DNA of 64,000 bases from positions 2,050 to 66,049 of the IMG/VR virus record IMGVR_UViG_3300015189_000003; one strand, 5' to 3'. The notes beneath the pieces were generated by a model. That model was not told the origin of the DNA and did not search any database. It was given only the letters and a program-made list of their open reading frames with translations. This document shows positions 34,218 to 43,622 of the stretch, piece after piece (position 1 is the first letter of the stretch; every line of letters begins with the position of its first letter). The position numbers were made by a program, and so were the translations under genes. Source of the DNA: a virus.

Positions 34218-34931
34218 TCACGCCACTTTCCTCCTCTTCTTGCCTTCCACCTTGGCCGACGGCAGTAGCCACGGCTCGAAAAAAGCTCGCTTGCCATCGA
34301 GCACCACGCCGCAGCCGAGGACCGGCTTGGCGACGAACCGCTTGCCGTAGTCAAACGCCGCCTTGCTGGCGTCAATCCCGCAGCCGACCGAGAGGCCGAA
34401 GACGCGAAAATCGGAATTCGCCCACCAGGAAATCCCGGCTTGCGAATGGAAATGACCGATTACGGTCGAGCGAAAGTTGTCCTTGCTTTGCGCTAAGGCG
34501 GCATGTTGACCACCGCGACCGGAGTCGCCGTGTGAATAGACCACGGTGTCGACAATGAGCTTGGCGAACCGCGGATGCGTCCGCCACTTGATTTCCCAGA
34601 GGTCGGCATAGTCCTTGAGGACGCGAGTCGGCAGGCCGACGACGTTGGCTTGTCGTTCGGTCAGGGAATCGTGATTGCCAATCAGCCATTCAGCCCGCGG
34701 GAACGCCTTCGCGAGCGTTTGGACTTGGCGGTAGGCTTCCGAAAATTCGGCTTCGGCGTTAGCGAGAGAAGGATTCTTCTCGTGAAAAGAAATCGCGGCC
34801 CAGTCAACCAGGTCGCCGATGCAAACTATTTTGTTGCAGTCGTACAGGTCGCGGGTGCGGTTGAGGAAATCGACGTAGCCGCGCCGCATGACCGGGCAAT
34901 GGACGTCGGAGATTACTAGCACGCGACTCAT
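34218..34931 (-). CDS. Calcineurin-like metallophosphoesterase
   Basis: SDVH, IGDLVD, GNHD, HGD, GHFH. Confidence 0.9.
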   Translation of the reverse strand: MSRVLVISDVHCPVMRRGYVDFLNRTRDLYDCNKIVCIGDLVDWAAISFHEKNPSLANAEAEFSEAYRQVQTLAKAFPRAEWLIGNHDSLTERQANVVGLPTRVLKDYADLWEIKWRTHPRFAKLIVDTVVYSHGDSGRGGQHAALAQSKDNFRSTVIGHFHSQAGISWWANSDFRVFGLSVGCGIDASKAAFDYGKRFVAKPVLGCGVVLDGKRAFFEPWLLPSAKVEGKKRRKVA

Positions 34932-35040
34932 ACCTAGTATCCCAAGGGTCGGGGCATTCGTCGTTCGCAAAAGGGTCGACCAGGTCTTCCACGTTTGCAC
35001 CCTTCGAGCATGACACTATTTCCGGGTCTGGGTCAAATCG

Positions 35041-35292
35041 TCATCCGTTGCACTTAAAAGCGGACCGCAGGAGGTTCAATTCCTCCTTGCGCGCGGCTCG
35101 CTCCTCCTCCATCATTTCCTTGAATTGCTTGACCATTTCCCGCAAATTGGCTTCGTACTTGTCGCGCGTTCGCGGGCCGTCGTAGACGAGCAGGTAGACG
35201 GCAACGCCGGCGGCAAAGCCGAGTTGCGCCCAGCCTTGCCAGTCAATAGGACCGGACGGGACGGCTTGAGCGAACAGCAAGAAGTCGAGCAT
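35041..35292 (-). CDS. Holin-like single-TM protein
   Basis: WAQLGFAAGVAVYLLV TM segment, then a coiled coil. Confidence 0.5.
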   Translation of the reverse strand: MLDFLLFAQAVPSGPIDWQGWAQLGFAAGVAVYLLVYDGPRTRDKYEANLREMVKQFKEMMEEERAARKEELNLLRSAFKCNG

Positions 35293-35298
35293 GGTGGA

Positions 35299-35619
35299 TC
35301 ATCTTCGGCGAAAGATTCCGCGAAACGGTCCGCGGCGGGGAGATTCAGACTGGCCGCAGTTGCCATCGGCACAGACCGGCGCAGCGGCCGGAGGCTCAAC
35401 GGCAGGAGAGGCCGCAGGTTCGGGGATCGGTTCAGATACCGGCTCATCGACCACGACTTGCTCGCAACAGGTGCAGGCCGCAGAGCCGCACTTGCAATCG
35501 CATTCCGTCTTAATGACGATCGGCTCGACCCATTCCGGCGCAGGCTTGGGAGCCGGCTTGCAAGCCGGAATAAAGCAGCAGGAAATCAAGACCACAAGCA
35601 GCCAATCAAACTTGTTCAT
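35299..35619 (-). CDS. Secreted/lipoprotein-like Cys- and Pro-rich protein
   Basis: Hydrophobic leader ending in Cys; C-terminal CADGNC...RRGPFRGIFRRR. Confidence 0.6.
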   Translation of the reverse strand: MNKFDWLLVVLISCCFIPACKPAPKPAPEWVEPIVIKTECDCKCGSAACTCCEQVVVDEPVSEPIPEPAASPAVEPPAAAPVCADGNCGQSESPRRGPFRGIFRRR

Positions 35620-35707
35620 TTTCCGTCCTCACTCAGAAGCCCCAGGGAATCCAAAATCGTGTAATAAAGCAGCGCGGCGAATATCCACGCCTTTTGGTAG
35701 AGTTTTT

Positions 35708-36523
35708 TCATGCGGACACAGCCAGGCTCGACATGACCTGCCGCAAGGCAAATCCGCCCGACGGAGTGCCCTTTCCTTCTCGCATGACGGCATAGCCGCC
35801 AAATCCATACTCGTTTTTGTCGCCGTAGGATTCGCCCCAGTTGTTGCGGATCCGGAAGCCGAAAGAACCCGGCTCGATTTCCACGAGGTCGCAGAGCATT
35901 ACCACATGCGACCACCAGTTATAGGAAATAGTGCAGGGGAACCCGAGCAAGCAAGCCGTGGCGAATTCGTCGAAGCCGTTGCACTCGTAAGATTCGAGCA
36001 ACTTGTATCGCAGGCGAGCGGCCTGGACTTGCGGATTGTTGTTTTTATTCACCCGTTCCGTGTAGCCCCAGAGGTCCACCGGAACGCCGCCGTATTTGGT
36101 CAGATACTCGACCGCGTCGCCTTCATATCCGCCAGAATTTCCGCCCGAGATAGGGACCGCGACCGCCATCGCCGAGAATCGCAGATATTCCGCAAAGCCC
36201 ATTTGCATGACTCGAGCGGTCGCAAAAGCGGCCATCGTGCCAGCGCTCCAACAAGTTGGAAATGAGCCTTGATTATCGGAGGCATATCGCTGGCAGTCCG
36301 AAACGCGGGCCTTAACCAGCGGGTTCGATTGTTCCTTGATTCGGGCGGACCATTCGCCACGCGGAATCGTCGGCACTTCCGCGCCAAACAACTTGGAGTA
36401 TCCGCGGGAATTGTGCCCGGCCGGTTTCGGCATCGCAGACAAAAGCCGCTTCTCGCCGCCGACGAGCACGGACGTCCCGTCGCCGATTTGGTCTTTCCAA
36501 TTTTCTTCCCCAATAATTAACAT
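35708..36523 (-). CDS. Papain-like (C1) cysteine peptidase
   Basis: NQG..PTCW (Gln/Cys), WSHVV (His), IRNNWG (Asn). Confidence 0.8.
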   Translation of the reverse strand: MLIIGEENWKDQIGDGTSVLVGGEKRLLSAMPKPAGHNSRGYSKLFGAEVPTIPRGEWSARIKEQSNPLVKARVSDCQRYASDNQGSFPTCWSAGTMAAFATARVMQMGFAEYLRFSAMAVAVPISGGNSGGYEGDAVEYLTKYGGVPVDLWGYTERVNKNNNPQVQAARLRYKLLESYECNGFDEFATACLLGFPCTISYNWWSHVVMLCDLVEIEPGSFGFRIRNNWGESYGDKNEYGFGGYAVMREGKGTPSGGFALRQVMSSLAVSA

Positions 36524-36541
36524 CGCGTCCCCGCTGGATGA

Positions 36542-36570
36542 TTGACAGAAGTATAGAGTTCGCCTATACT
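36542..36570 (+). promoter_or_regulatory. Near-consensus sigma70 promoter
   Basis: TTGACA-N17-TATACT. Confidence 0.8.
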
Positions 36571-36603
36571 TTTCTTAGAGTTACCCAATACAGGAGATTC
36601 GCA

Positions 36604-37275
36604 ATGGCTGAGTGGAATCGCGGCAAGCACCCAGGAAACTATCGCAATCTTGCAGGGCTTGAGTTCGGCGAGCTTACGGTCGTCAAAAGAGAGGGGACGC
36701 AGCGATCTTTCGCGACTTGGCGATGCCGCTGCGAATGCGGAAACGAAACCGTCGTCACTTCCTCTAATCTCAGGAACGGAATCACAAAAAGTTGTGGCTG
36801 CCTGCGAGCTTCCGTGTCTAAATCGCGAAAAACAACCCACGGAATGTTCAACACTCCGGAGTACGCCTGCTGGAGAAACATGATTTCCAGATGCACCCTT
36901 AAGTCCGCAGACAAAAAGAAGCGGTATTTTCATCGCGGAATTTTGGTTTGCGATCGCTGGCGCAATTCGTTCGAAAACTTCTATTCCGACATAGGCGCGC
37001 GGCCTAGCGGCAAGCACAGCATCGAGCGAAAAAACAACGACGGAAATTACGAGAAAAGCAACTGCGAGTGGGCCATAAAAAAGACCCAAACGAGAAATCG
37101 CCGAACAAGTAAAATCATCTTTCACGACGGGCAGTCGCTGTCTCTCGCCGAGTGGTCCGAGCGGCTTGGATTCAACTACAAGACTATTTTTCGCCGGCTG
37201 GCGGCTGGAATGGCGTTCGCGGAGGCGATCTCCACACCCGTTCGTCATTCCTCTCGATGGCATGGCGACAGATAG
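36604..37275 (+). CDS. HNH-type homing endonuclease, antisense to the operon
   Basis: WRCRCECG...KSCGC, RGILVCDRW..SFENFY, SIERKNNDGNYE..NC.W. Confidence 0.85.
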   Translation: MAEWNRGKHPGNYRNLAGLEFGELTVVKREGTQRSFATWRCRCECGNETVVTSSNLRNGITKSCGCLRASVSKSRKTTHGMFNTPEYACWRNMISRCTLKSADKKKRYFHRGILVCDRWRNSFENFYSDIGARPSGKHSIERKNNDGNYEKSNCEWAIKKTQTRNRRTSKIIFHDGQSLSLAEWSERLGFNYKTIFRRLAAGMAFAEAISTPVRHSSRWHGDR

Positions 37276-37277
37276 CA

Positions 37278-37691
37278 TTACTTGATCCCCTCGATGAGCT
37301 TGAGGGCTTCGGCAGAAGTTGCCGTCGCCGGAAGAGGGGCGCTGATTCCAGATTTCGGGCCAGAGCCGACAATCCATGGAGTGCTTTTGCGTTCCACCTT
37401 GAGGGCGGCAGCGACCCAGGCTTCGTCCGTTGCGGCCGGGTTGTCGAGGTCAACGACACGCAGGACAACGCCAGACTTTTCGACAGTCTCGCGAAAAACA
37501 ACGCCATTGATGACCGCCAGTTGCCCGGCCGTCAGCTTGCCGCGTTCGCTCGATTCGTGGATTACCGCGACCGCCCGCTTCGTCGTCGGAAATACCGGCG
37601 AACCGCCGCCAATGCCACCGCCCCCGCCAGCAAATAGCGCAAGCAGCAGCAGGACGACGAAAACGAAGTCGCCGAAGTCGAACTTAGGCAC
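37278..37691 (-). CDS. Membrane-anchored hypothetical protein
   Basis: TM helix, Gly linker and small alpha/beta domain. Confidence 0.6.
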   Translation of the reverse strand: MPKFDFGDFVFVVLLLLALFAGGGGGIGGGSPVFPTTKRAVAVIHESSERGKLTAGQLAVINGVVFRETVEKSGVVLRVVDLDNPAATDEAWVAAALKVERKSTPWIVGSGPKSGISAPLPATATSAEALKLIEGIK

Positions 37692-37935
37692 CGGGAGCCT
37701 CCCAAAGCGAGTTCCACAGTGTCTTGCAGATTTCGACGTTGGCCGGCACTTTGGCGAAGTAGATTCGCAGCACTTTGACCGCGGCTTCGGCGTCGTCGCG
37801 GGTCGGGTCGGACGACTTCTTGCCGGCCGACGGCCAAAAGGACGCAATCCAGGACCAATTGCCCCAGACCTTGTACGCGCCCCAGAGAGCCAGGAGAGCC
37901 AGGACGATTTCGGTTTGATATTGAGCGAACTGCAT
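37684..37935 (-). CDS. Membrane protein
   Basis: N-terminal TM helix. Confidence 0.6.
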   Translation of the reverse strand: MQFAQYQTEIVLALLALWGAYKVWGNWSWIASFWPSAGKKSSDPTRDDAEAAVKVLRIYFAKVPANVEICKTLWNSLWEAPGA

Positions 37936-38222
37936 TAGGCCCCCAGGACGTGTTCAAGGGCTTTCTTGAAGAGCATGTCCGACAAGGCGTCGAACGGCTC
38001 CGGCAGGACGACGAGCAGGTCAAACACGGCGATAGCCGCGGCCTCGATTTCCTTCTTGACTTCCGGCGTCAAGTTGTCATCCAGGCCGGCGAGGATGTTC
38101 TTGACCGCATCCAGAATGCGGCCAATGACGCTAAACGCGCCGCGGAAGCCGGGTTGAATCGCAGCAGAGTTGACCTGCGCGAAAATGGTTTTCTGCATCG
38201 GCGTCATTTTTGCTTTGCCCAT
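37935..38222 (-). CDS. Hypothetical protein
   Basis: MGKAKMT..., AAGGA SD. Confidence 0.6.
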   Translation of the reverse strand: MGKAKMTPMQKTIFAQVNSAAIQPGFRGAFSVIGRILDAVKNILAGLDDNLTPEVKKEIEAAAIAVFDLLVVLPEPFDALSDMLFKKALEHVLGA

Positions 38223-38239
38223 ATTTCCTTCTCCAAGAA

Positions 38240-38294
38240 ACGAAAAAAGCCGCCGAGACACAGGTCCGGGCGGCTTCGGGTGAATTCGATAGCC
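38240..38294 (-). terminator. Conserved element, copy 2
   Basis: GGCTATCG-N9-GAAGCCGCC...GGCGGCTT-TTTTCGT. Confidence 0.7.
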
Positions 38295-38341
38295 TTACTT
38301 AGTAGCTTTCAATCTATCGACCATGCCGAGGCAGGGTCAAA

Positions 38342-38716
38342 TCAGGAACCGTACAGATCCAGCGTCGGAACCTCAAAAACGACCGGGAAGACAGCGCCGG
38401 ACGCCGGCGTGAAGGTAAATTCGAAGATATACCGGCTTCCGCCCGTCGGAACTTGCGCAGCTAAGGTGGAATATCGGAAGTTGTAGCCGGTCGAGTCCTT
38501 CGTCCAGTAGGCGTCCGTTTGCAGCGTGTCGAAGACGCAAGTCGCCACGACCGGCGTTGCCGTCGCGACCGAGGTCGAGGAACTGACCTCGTACACCTTG
38601 AGGGCGATCGACGAAATCGTCGCTTGTGTGATCGCGGTCGCCGCCTGGCCGTAGATTCTGGCCATCAGCGAAAAGCCGCTGTCCTCGTAAACTGCATCGG
38701 TGACTATATTTTTCAC
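38342..38716 (-). CDS. Putative structural protein
   Basis: Beta-rich 124-aa ORF in the tail region. Confidence 0.6.
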   Translation of the reverse strand: MKNIVTDAVYEDSGFSLMARIYGQAATAITQATISSIALKVYEVSSSTSVATATPVVATCVFDTLQTDAYWTKDSTGYNFRYSTLAAQVPTGGSRYIFEFTFTPASGAVFPVVFEVPTLDLYGS

Positions 38717-40053
38717 GTTGCTTGACCTTTCGTTGCGCCAGGGACGTAGGCTTGGCCGGCAGCTTGCCCGGGGACATAGGCTTGGCCGACGACCTGGCCA
38801 GGGATCCACCAGTGAGCGGCCGAGACGTAGTAGGGGCCGGTGACAGTCGGAGCGTTAGACGCCACCGTTGGAGCGTACCCCGTCAGCACCAATGCCAGCG
38901 TACTTGGCGTCAGAAGTCGCGGCAGTGTTACCGTTGGGGCGAACGTCGTTAATGCCAGTGCCTTCGTGGTCGGAGTCGCTACAGTTCCCAGAGTGACCGT
39001 GGGAGCGTACTTCGTTGTCGCCAGGGCCAGCGTGGAAGGAGTGGCAGCACGAGGAGCCGCCACCGTCGGAGCGTACTTCGTTGTCGTCAGGGCCAGCACG
39101 CCGGGCGTAACAGCCCGAGGTGCCGCTACCGTTGGGGCGAACTTGGCCGTAATAAGTGCCAGCGTGCTTGGCGCCAGCGTCTGATTAACGACAACCGAAG
39201 GCGCAAACTTCGTAGTCGTCAGCGCTAAGGTGCCAGGCGTTACCGCCCTTGGCGCTGCTACCGTTGGGGCAAACTTGGCTGTAACCAGGGCCAGGGTCGC
39301 TGGCGTCAGCGAGCTTGACGTTGCCGTGACTGTGGAAGCAAAGCCGGTAAGCACCAGCGCCAGCGTGCCGGGAGTGACAGCGCGCGGAGTTGCTACCGTT
39401 GGCGCAAACTTCGTGGTCGTTAGGGCAAGCAGACCGGGAGTGACAGCCCGTGGGGTCGCAACAGTCGGAGCAAATTTAGTCGTTGCCAGTGCGAGCGTAG
39501 TCGGCGTAACCAGCCGTGGAGCGGCTACCGTTGGAGCAAAGCCAGTAACGGTCAGAGCAAGCGTCGAGGGCGTGATCGCAACCGGCGTTGCTATCGTGGG
39601 GGCGAACTTGGCCGTCGTCAGGGCCAGGACACCGGGCGTGACGGCCCTTGGAGTCGCTACCGTGGGCGCGTATTTCGTCGTCGTCAACGCAAATGTAGTC
39701 GGCGTGACCGGCGAATTAACGACAACGGACGGCGCAAACTTCGTAGTAGTCAGCGATAGAACGCCGGGAGTTACGGCACGAGGCGCTGCTACCGTAGGCG
39801 CAAACTTCGTCGTAGTTAGCGCCAGGACACCGGGCGATACTGCCCGAGGTGCCGATACAGTGGGAGCAAGCCCCACCACGTAAATCAAGGTAGACGAAGG
39901 CGTGGCCGTTCGCGGAGTCGCTACAGTCGGAGCGTAGGTCGTCAGCGTCAACGCCAAGGTCGTTGGCGTAACGGATACACTACCACCAGCCGCAGGGACC
40001 GCCTGCCGCGTTAGCAGCGGGCGGTGCGGTATACCCCGTCCTAAGCGGGCCAT
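38713..40053 (-). CDS. Thr/Ala/Pro-rich protein with ~17 tandem 22-aa repeats (fibre-like)
   Basis: Repeat consensus VTPxTLALTTTKFAPTVAxPRA. Confidence 0.85.
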   Translation of the reverse strand: MARLGRGIPHRPLLTRQAVPAAGGSVSVTPTTLALTLTTYAPTVATPRTATPSSTLIYVVGLAPTVSAPRAVSPGVLALTTTKFAPTVAAPRAVTPGVLSLTTTKFAPSVVVNSPVTPTTFALTTTKYAPTVATPRAVTPGVLALTTAKFAPTIATPVAITPSTLALTVTGFAPTVAAPRLVTPTTLALATTKFAPTVATPRAVTPGLLALTTTKFAPTVATPRAVTPGTLALVLTGFASTVTATSSSLTPATLALVTAKFAPTVAAPRAVTPGTLALTTTKFAPSVVVNQTLAPSTLALITAKFAPTVAAPRAVTPGVLALTTTKYAPTVAAPRAATPSTLALATTKYAPTVTLGTVATPTTKALALTTFAPTVTLPRLLTPSTLALVLTGYAPTVASNAPTVTGPYYVSAAHWWIPGQVVGQAYVPGQAAGQAYVPGATKGQAT

Positions 40054-40056
40054 TTA

Positions 40057-40479
40057 TTACGCGAGGGTGAAGACGCCCGAAGCGTGAATCGTGATCGTCA
40101 GCGTGTTGCCGTCCGTCGCGGTTACGTCTGCCGGCGTTGAGTCGAGCAGGAAGTACGCCAGCACCCGCCCGGCCACTTCGTACAGCACGCCAAAGCGAGC
40201 CACGATAGAACCGCCCGAGGCAGTCCAGGCAGCCGGGTCAGTAGCGTCGAACGTGACGGTAGTTGTGCCGGTACGCGACAGCGTGACGGACTTGCCACCG
40301 GTCGTGTAACCGTTGGCGTTTGCGTGCTCGTTCGTCAACGCGGCGTAGGTCGTCGATGCCGCACCGATGTTAGACGTAGAGAGAAACAGGGCAATCTTGT
40401 AGGAATCTGCGTCGAGAAAGGTTCCCTTGCTCAGTTCCGTGCGACCTTCGTCAGTAAAAACCCATGCGCCAGCGGCCAC
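40057..40479 (-). CDS. Putative tail structural protein
   Basis: DSYKIALF...GYTTGG...WTASGGSI.ARFGVLY. Confidence 0.7.
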   Translation of the reverse strand: MAAGAWVFTDEGRTELSKGTFLDADSYKIALFLSTSNIGAASTTYAALTNEHANANGYTTGGKSVTLSRTGTTTVTFDATDPAAWTASGGSIVARFGVLYEVAGRVLAYFLLDSTPADVTATDGNTLTITIHASGVFTLA

Positions 40480-40480
40480 G

Positions 40481-41110
40481 TTAAGCTCCTGCCGCTAAGC
40501 GGCGTTGATAGACTTGCTGGTACTGCATTGCGCAGGCCCGGCACTGTTGGTAAGTACGATTGTCGCGAGATACGACAATTACGTTTTCTGTTACGAGAGG
40601 ATGACCGCTCTTGCAGGTCAATTTCTTTATTCCCTTGTTCCATCCGCCAATCGGCGGCGGAACGGCGTTTCGCTGTATCGCCGCTGCCGAAAGTTTTGCC
40701 TTAGTTGCTTCCGAGGCGACCGCCCCTTTTTGGCTTGGTGGCTTGCACCCTCGATGAATGGCCAGTTCTCGGAGCTTCTGCTTTGTCGCCTCGCTATGAC
40801 CCTTGCCCTCTAGCGGGCTAGTCTGCCCGCCATCAGCAAAGTTTGTCAGCCTGCAACCACGCCGCCGCATTTCAGCTATCCAGTAGCGTTCGGCTTCCTG
40901 CCACTTGTAGGAATCTGCCATAACCAATACCGCTACGACAGGCTCAGCACCGCCAAGGGACCGCAGCCAATTAACCTTGTGGGTATGAAATTTGGGGTTC
41001 TTCATTTCCCATCGGTGGCAACGAATGCGCGACGCAAGGTCGTTGGCCTTGCCGACATAGCGACATTCGCCAGTTATTGGGTCGCTCAGTGAGTAGATGG
41101 TTACTTGCAT
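40481..41110 (-). CDS. GIY-YIG homing endonuclease with a NUMOD3-like segment
   Basis: TIYSL.DP....RYVGK...R...H, E.YWI, GHSEATKQKL. Confidence 0.85.
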   Translation of the reverse strand: MQVTIYSLSDPITGECRYVGKANDLASRIRCHRWEMKNPKFHTHKVNWLRSLGGAEPVVAVLVMADSYKWQEAERYWIAEMRRRGCRLTNFADGGQTSPLEGKGHSEATKQKLRELAIHRGCKPPSQKGAVASEATKAKLSAAAIQRNAVPPPIGGWNKGIKKLTCKSGHPLVTENVIVVSRDNRTYQQCRACAMQYQQVYQRRLAAGA

Positions 41111-41116
41111 AGAGCA

Positions 41117-41623
41117 TCACACCTCGATCAAAATCCAGCAAACGGCATTAACAGCCGCCGCAGCCTTCACGCGAATCCGCAGCGAGCTTACCGCCGAGAC
41201 AATCGGCTCATTGCCAAGTGAAAACTCCCAGGCGTATTGCCCGGTCGGTTGCACAAACTGCGAATCGAATATGCGGGTCGCGGTAATCGTTCCTTCCGCC
41301 GAGGCTGTATAGCCAGTCGCAGCCGTGCCGACGCTCAGGTACGTGGTTGAGGTCGTTGCGAGCCCAGGGCCGTCCCAGCCGAGAGCGTCCGCAGCAACCG
41401 AGGCCGTGACGGTGGCGAACACTGTCCCGGTTTCAAGTAGCTCCCACTGGATGCCCGCCGCAGCAGCAGCACCGTCCATGGACACGCCCCAGGCCTTGAC
41501 CTTGATTTGCAGGGCGGCAATGCCTTTAACCTGCAACATTGTTTTGATAACCGTGCCCGTTGTGACGGCGAGTTGTGCCGCCGTGGTTGGAAGAGGGCCA
41601 TTCCAAATCTTATACATTGCCAT
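41117..41623 (-). CDS. Putative structural protein
   Basis: 168-aa ORF in the tail region. Confidence 0.65.
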   Translation of the reverse strand: MAMYKIWNGPLPTTAAQLAVTTGTVIKTMLQVKGIAALQIKVKAWGVSMDGAAAAAGIQWELLETGTVFATVTASVAADALGWDGPGLATTSTTYLSVGTAATGYTASAEGTITATRIFDSQFVQPTGQYAWEFSLGNEPIVSAVSSLRIRVKAAAAVNAVCWILIEV

Positions 41624-41633
41624 GTTTTATTCC

Positions 41634-42371
41634 TTACCAGCGTGACGCTCTTGCGAGCGATTGTGAGTGGGTGATGTATTGCTTTACGGATGTTGCCGCC
41701 GAAGCCGATTCTCTAACCGTGACCTGGCACCATTTATGTTGAGCGGCCCCGGTTCCGCCAGCGTTCAAGTTTCCGGTAACTCCCGCTCCGCTCGTGCAAG
41801 TCTTGTAGCCGGAACACACCGAAATTGCGCCCGCATAGTCGGCTGTGTCAATTGTCAGGTCGGAGGAGGTGTAAACTCCCAACTGGTTCCAGTCTGTGTC
41901 GCAACAAATCAACAGACCATTCGCCCCAGGGGTAATGCTGGTCGTCGTTAGATTGTTGGTTGTGCTGCCGCCTTCATTATTCGCACCGACTGTATCAACT
42001 GGTGTACCGCCAACGTCCACCCCAGTCAGCACATAGAGTTTGATAGAGTATCGTTTGGCACTAATACCGGCGGAGGCAGTCATCGTCACCGTTCGGCTCG
42101 TGCTGCTTGTAGTGCGGGCCGTGTAGATGCCCGAATACCCGCCATCCGTTGTCTCGCTCCAAGTGCGGGCAACGCGGAGAGTCCACGCCAAACCTCCGCT
42201 ATCGCTCATCGTAATCACCGCAGCATCTGTGCCAATCCCGTCACCAGAAACACATGCCACCAGCAGAGCATCAGTCGGTGCCGTAAAAGACGCAGAGACG
42301 ATGGTCCCGACTGGCGACGAGGGCGTTCCCGTCCAGCGAACCGGCGATGATGCGTCTACTGCAATAGCCAT
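41634..42371 (-). CDS. Putative tail fibre/structural protein
   Basis: Thr/Ser/Gly-rich, 245 aa. Confidence 0.65.
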   Translation of the reverse strand: MAIAVDASSPVRWTGTPSSPVGTIVSASFTAPTDALLVACVSGDGIGTDAAVITMSDSGGLAWTLRVARTWSETTDGGYSGIYTARTTSSTSRTVTMTASAGISAKRYSIKLYVLTGVDVGGTPVDTVGANNEGGSTTNNLTTTSITPGANGLLICCDTDWNQLGVYTSSDLTIDTADYAGAISVCSGYKTCTSGAGVTGNLNAGGTGAAQHKWCQVTVRESASAATSVKQYITHSQSLARASRW

Positions 42372-42769
42372 TATTGGAAGGCGACAGTTGCCCCGAGGTT
42401 GAGTGTGGTGCCTTGCGTGTCCAGGATGCAGCGGAAGGCAGTTGGCCGCACTCCGCCAATGTCAGCGAATGTAAAGCCCAGCCCAGGCCGCTTTGTGTTT
42501 GGATTTCCTTTTTTATCCAATGGTCCTCCATTCCACTGAAACGGGTCAGCGGCAGAAACCCAGTCCACGCCGTTGGTAGATGCCTGGGGTGTCAGCAGGC
42601 AATGTGAATCAGGGTCTAGGATGTCGGCATCCGCCAGCGTCGTGTCGAAGATGACCACGCCGTAAGGCTGACTTGTTTCCGGGTTAATCGCATCGGCAGC
42701 AGGGCACGTTGCCGAACCGCTGATAATTGTGCCGTTGCGGGGCTGTTGATCGAGCACGGTGGTTGGCAT
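42371..42769 (-). CDS. Hypothetical protein
   Basis: ATG 42769 overlapping the upstream stop. Confidence 0.55.
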   Translation of the reverse strand: MPTTVLDQQPRNGTIISGSATCPAADAINPETSQPYGVVIFDTTLADADILDPDSHCLLTPQASTNGVDWVSAADPFQWNGGPLDKKGNPNTKRPGLGFTFADIGGVRPTAFRCILDTQGTTLNLGATVAFQ

Positions 42770-43104
42770 TACGTGAAATCTCCAAAGAGGCCGGTTTTGA
42801 CTTGGGTGATGTTGGACAGCGCGCCAACAACGCGGAGCGGCGGAGCCTCGGGCCGGAAGTTCCAAGCGAACGAATGAATCGGCTTACCGGGTCCGCAGGT
42901 CCATACAGGGCCGACAGCCATTTCCTTTAGCCCGGTGCCGAAGTCGGCCCAGACCGAAAGCTGAAGCGTGTCGGTCACATCCTGCGATTCAGCAAACGTC
43001 ATGTCGCAAGTGACCGTGAACGTCTTGCTGCCGGGAGGTGGAATGGCTGCCGCTCCGAAGAACATGCCAATTTTGTTATTGATGAGGTCAAGAATTTTAC
43101 TCAT
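42769..43104 (-). CDS. Hypothetical protein
   Basis: ATG 43104. Confidence 0.55.
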   Translation of the reverse strand: MSKILDLINNKIGMFFGAAAIPPPGSKTFTVTCDMTFAESQDVTDTLQLSVWADFGTGLKEMAVGPVWTCGPGKPIHSFAWNFRPEAPPLRVVGALSNITQVKTGLFGDFT

Positions 43105-43281
43105 AGTTTCAACTACTCCCAAAATGACAGGTCACCGCCGCGAAGTCGCAAAGTACGACAATCTCGCCACGGTCCTTGACCACTACGCCGCCCATTGCCG
43201 CAAACTCCCGCAACATCTCCTCGCTGACCACCCTTCGCTTCGTGCTATTCCGCTCTCCCTCTAGCCCGCACAGGACAGCTT

Positions 43282-43461
43282 CTAGTTCCTCGTAACTTGG
43301 CTTGCCAGCCTTCTGCCGCTCATTGCCGGGGACGATGGGGCGGGTCGGATGCCGTTGGGTACGCCGGTCCCCGTGAACACTACCTTTGCAAGTAGTATCA
43401 GGTCGTTTGCGGTTGCCCCGGCGTCAACGTCTTCGTAACAAAGGACAATTGCTTTTGCCAT
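43282..43461 (-). CDS. Hypothetical protein
   Basis: ATG directly after element copy 3. Confidence 0.45.
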   Translation of the reverse strand: MAKAIVLCYEDVDAGATANDLILLAKVVFTGTGVPNGIRPAPSSPAMSGRRLASQVTRN

Positions 43462-43477
43462 GTTTTTCTCCCAAGAA

Positions 43478-43533
43478 ACGAAAAAAGCCCCACAAAAACG
43501 CGAAGTCTTGCGGGGCTCGATGGGTTCGATGCC
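43478..43533 (-). terminator. Conserved element, copy 3
   Basis: GGCATCG-N8-GAGCCCCGC...GTGGGGCT-TTTTTCGT. Confidence 0.7.
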
Positions 43534-43587
43534 GTCAGTCCGCATCATAGCTGCGGGCGGCCAGGTGGGTCAAAAACCGAGTCCGAC

Positions 43588-43616
43588 TTGACTTTCCACC
43601 GTGGAAGGCGGATTAT
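43588..43616 (+). promoter_or_regulatory. Promoter of the prepilin moron
   Basis: TTGACT-N17-GATTAT, with ATG 6 nt downstream at 43623. Confidence 0.5.
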
Positions 43617-43622
43617 TGGGGA

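Noticed and set aside
38800-39950. CRISPR array or diversity-generating retroelement repeats
   Set aside because: The 66-bp periodicity is a protein-coding repeat without unique spacers; no reverse transcriptase or cas gene is present in the window.
43115-43370. Possible frameshifted continuation of the 43282-43461 gene
   Set aside because: An alternative frame is open to ~43115, but there is no slippery site or recognisable motif to support it.
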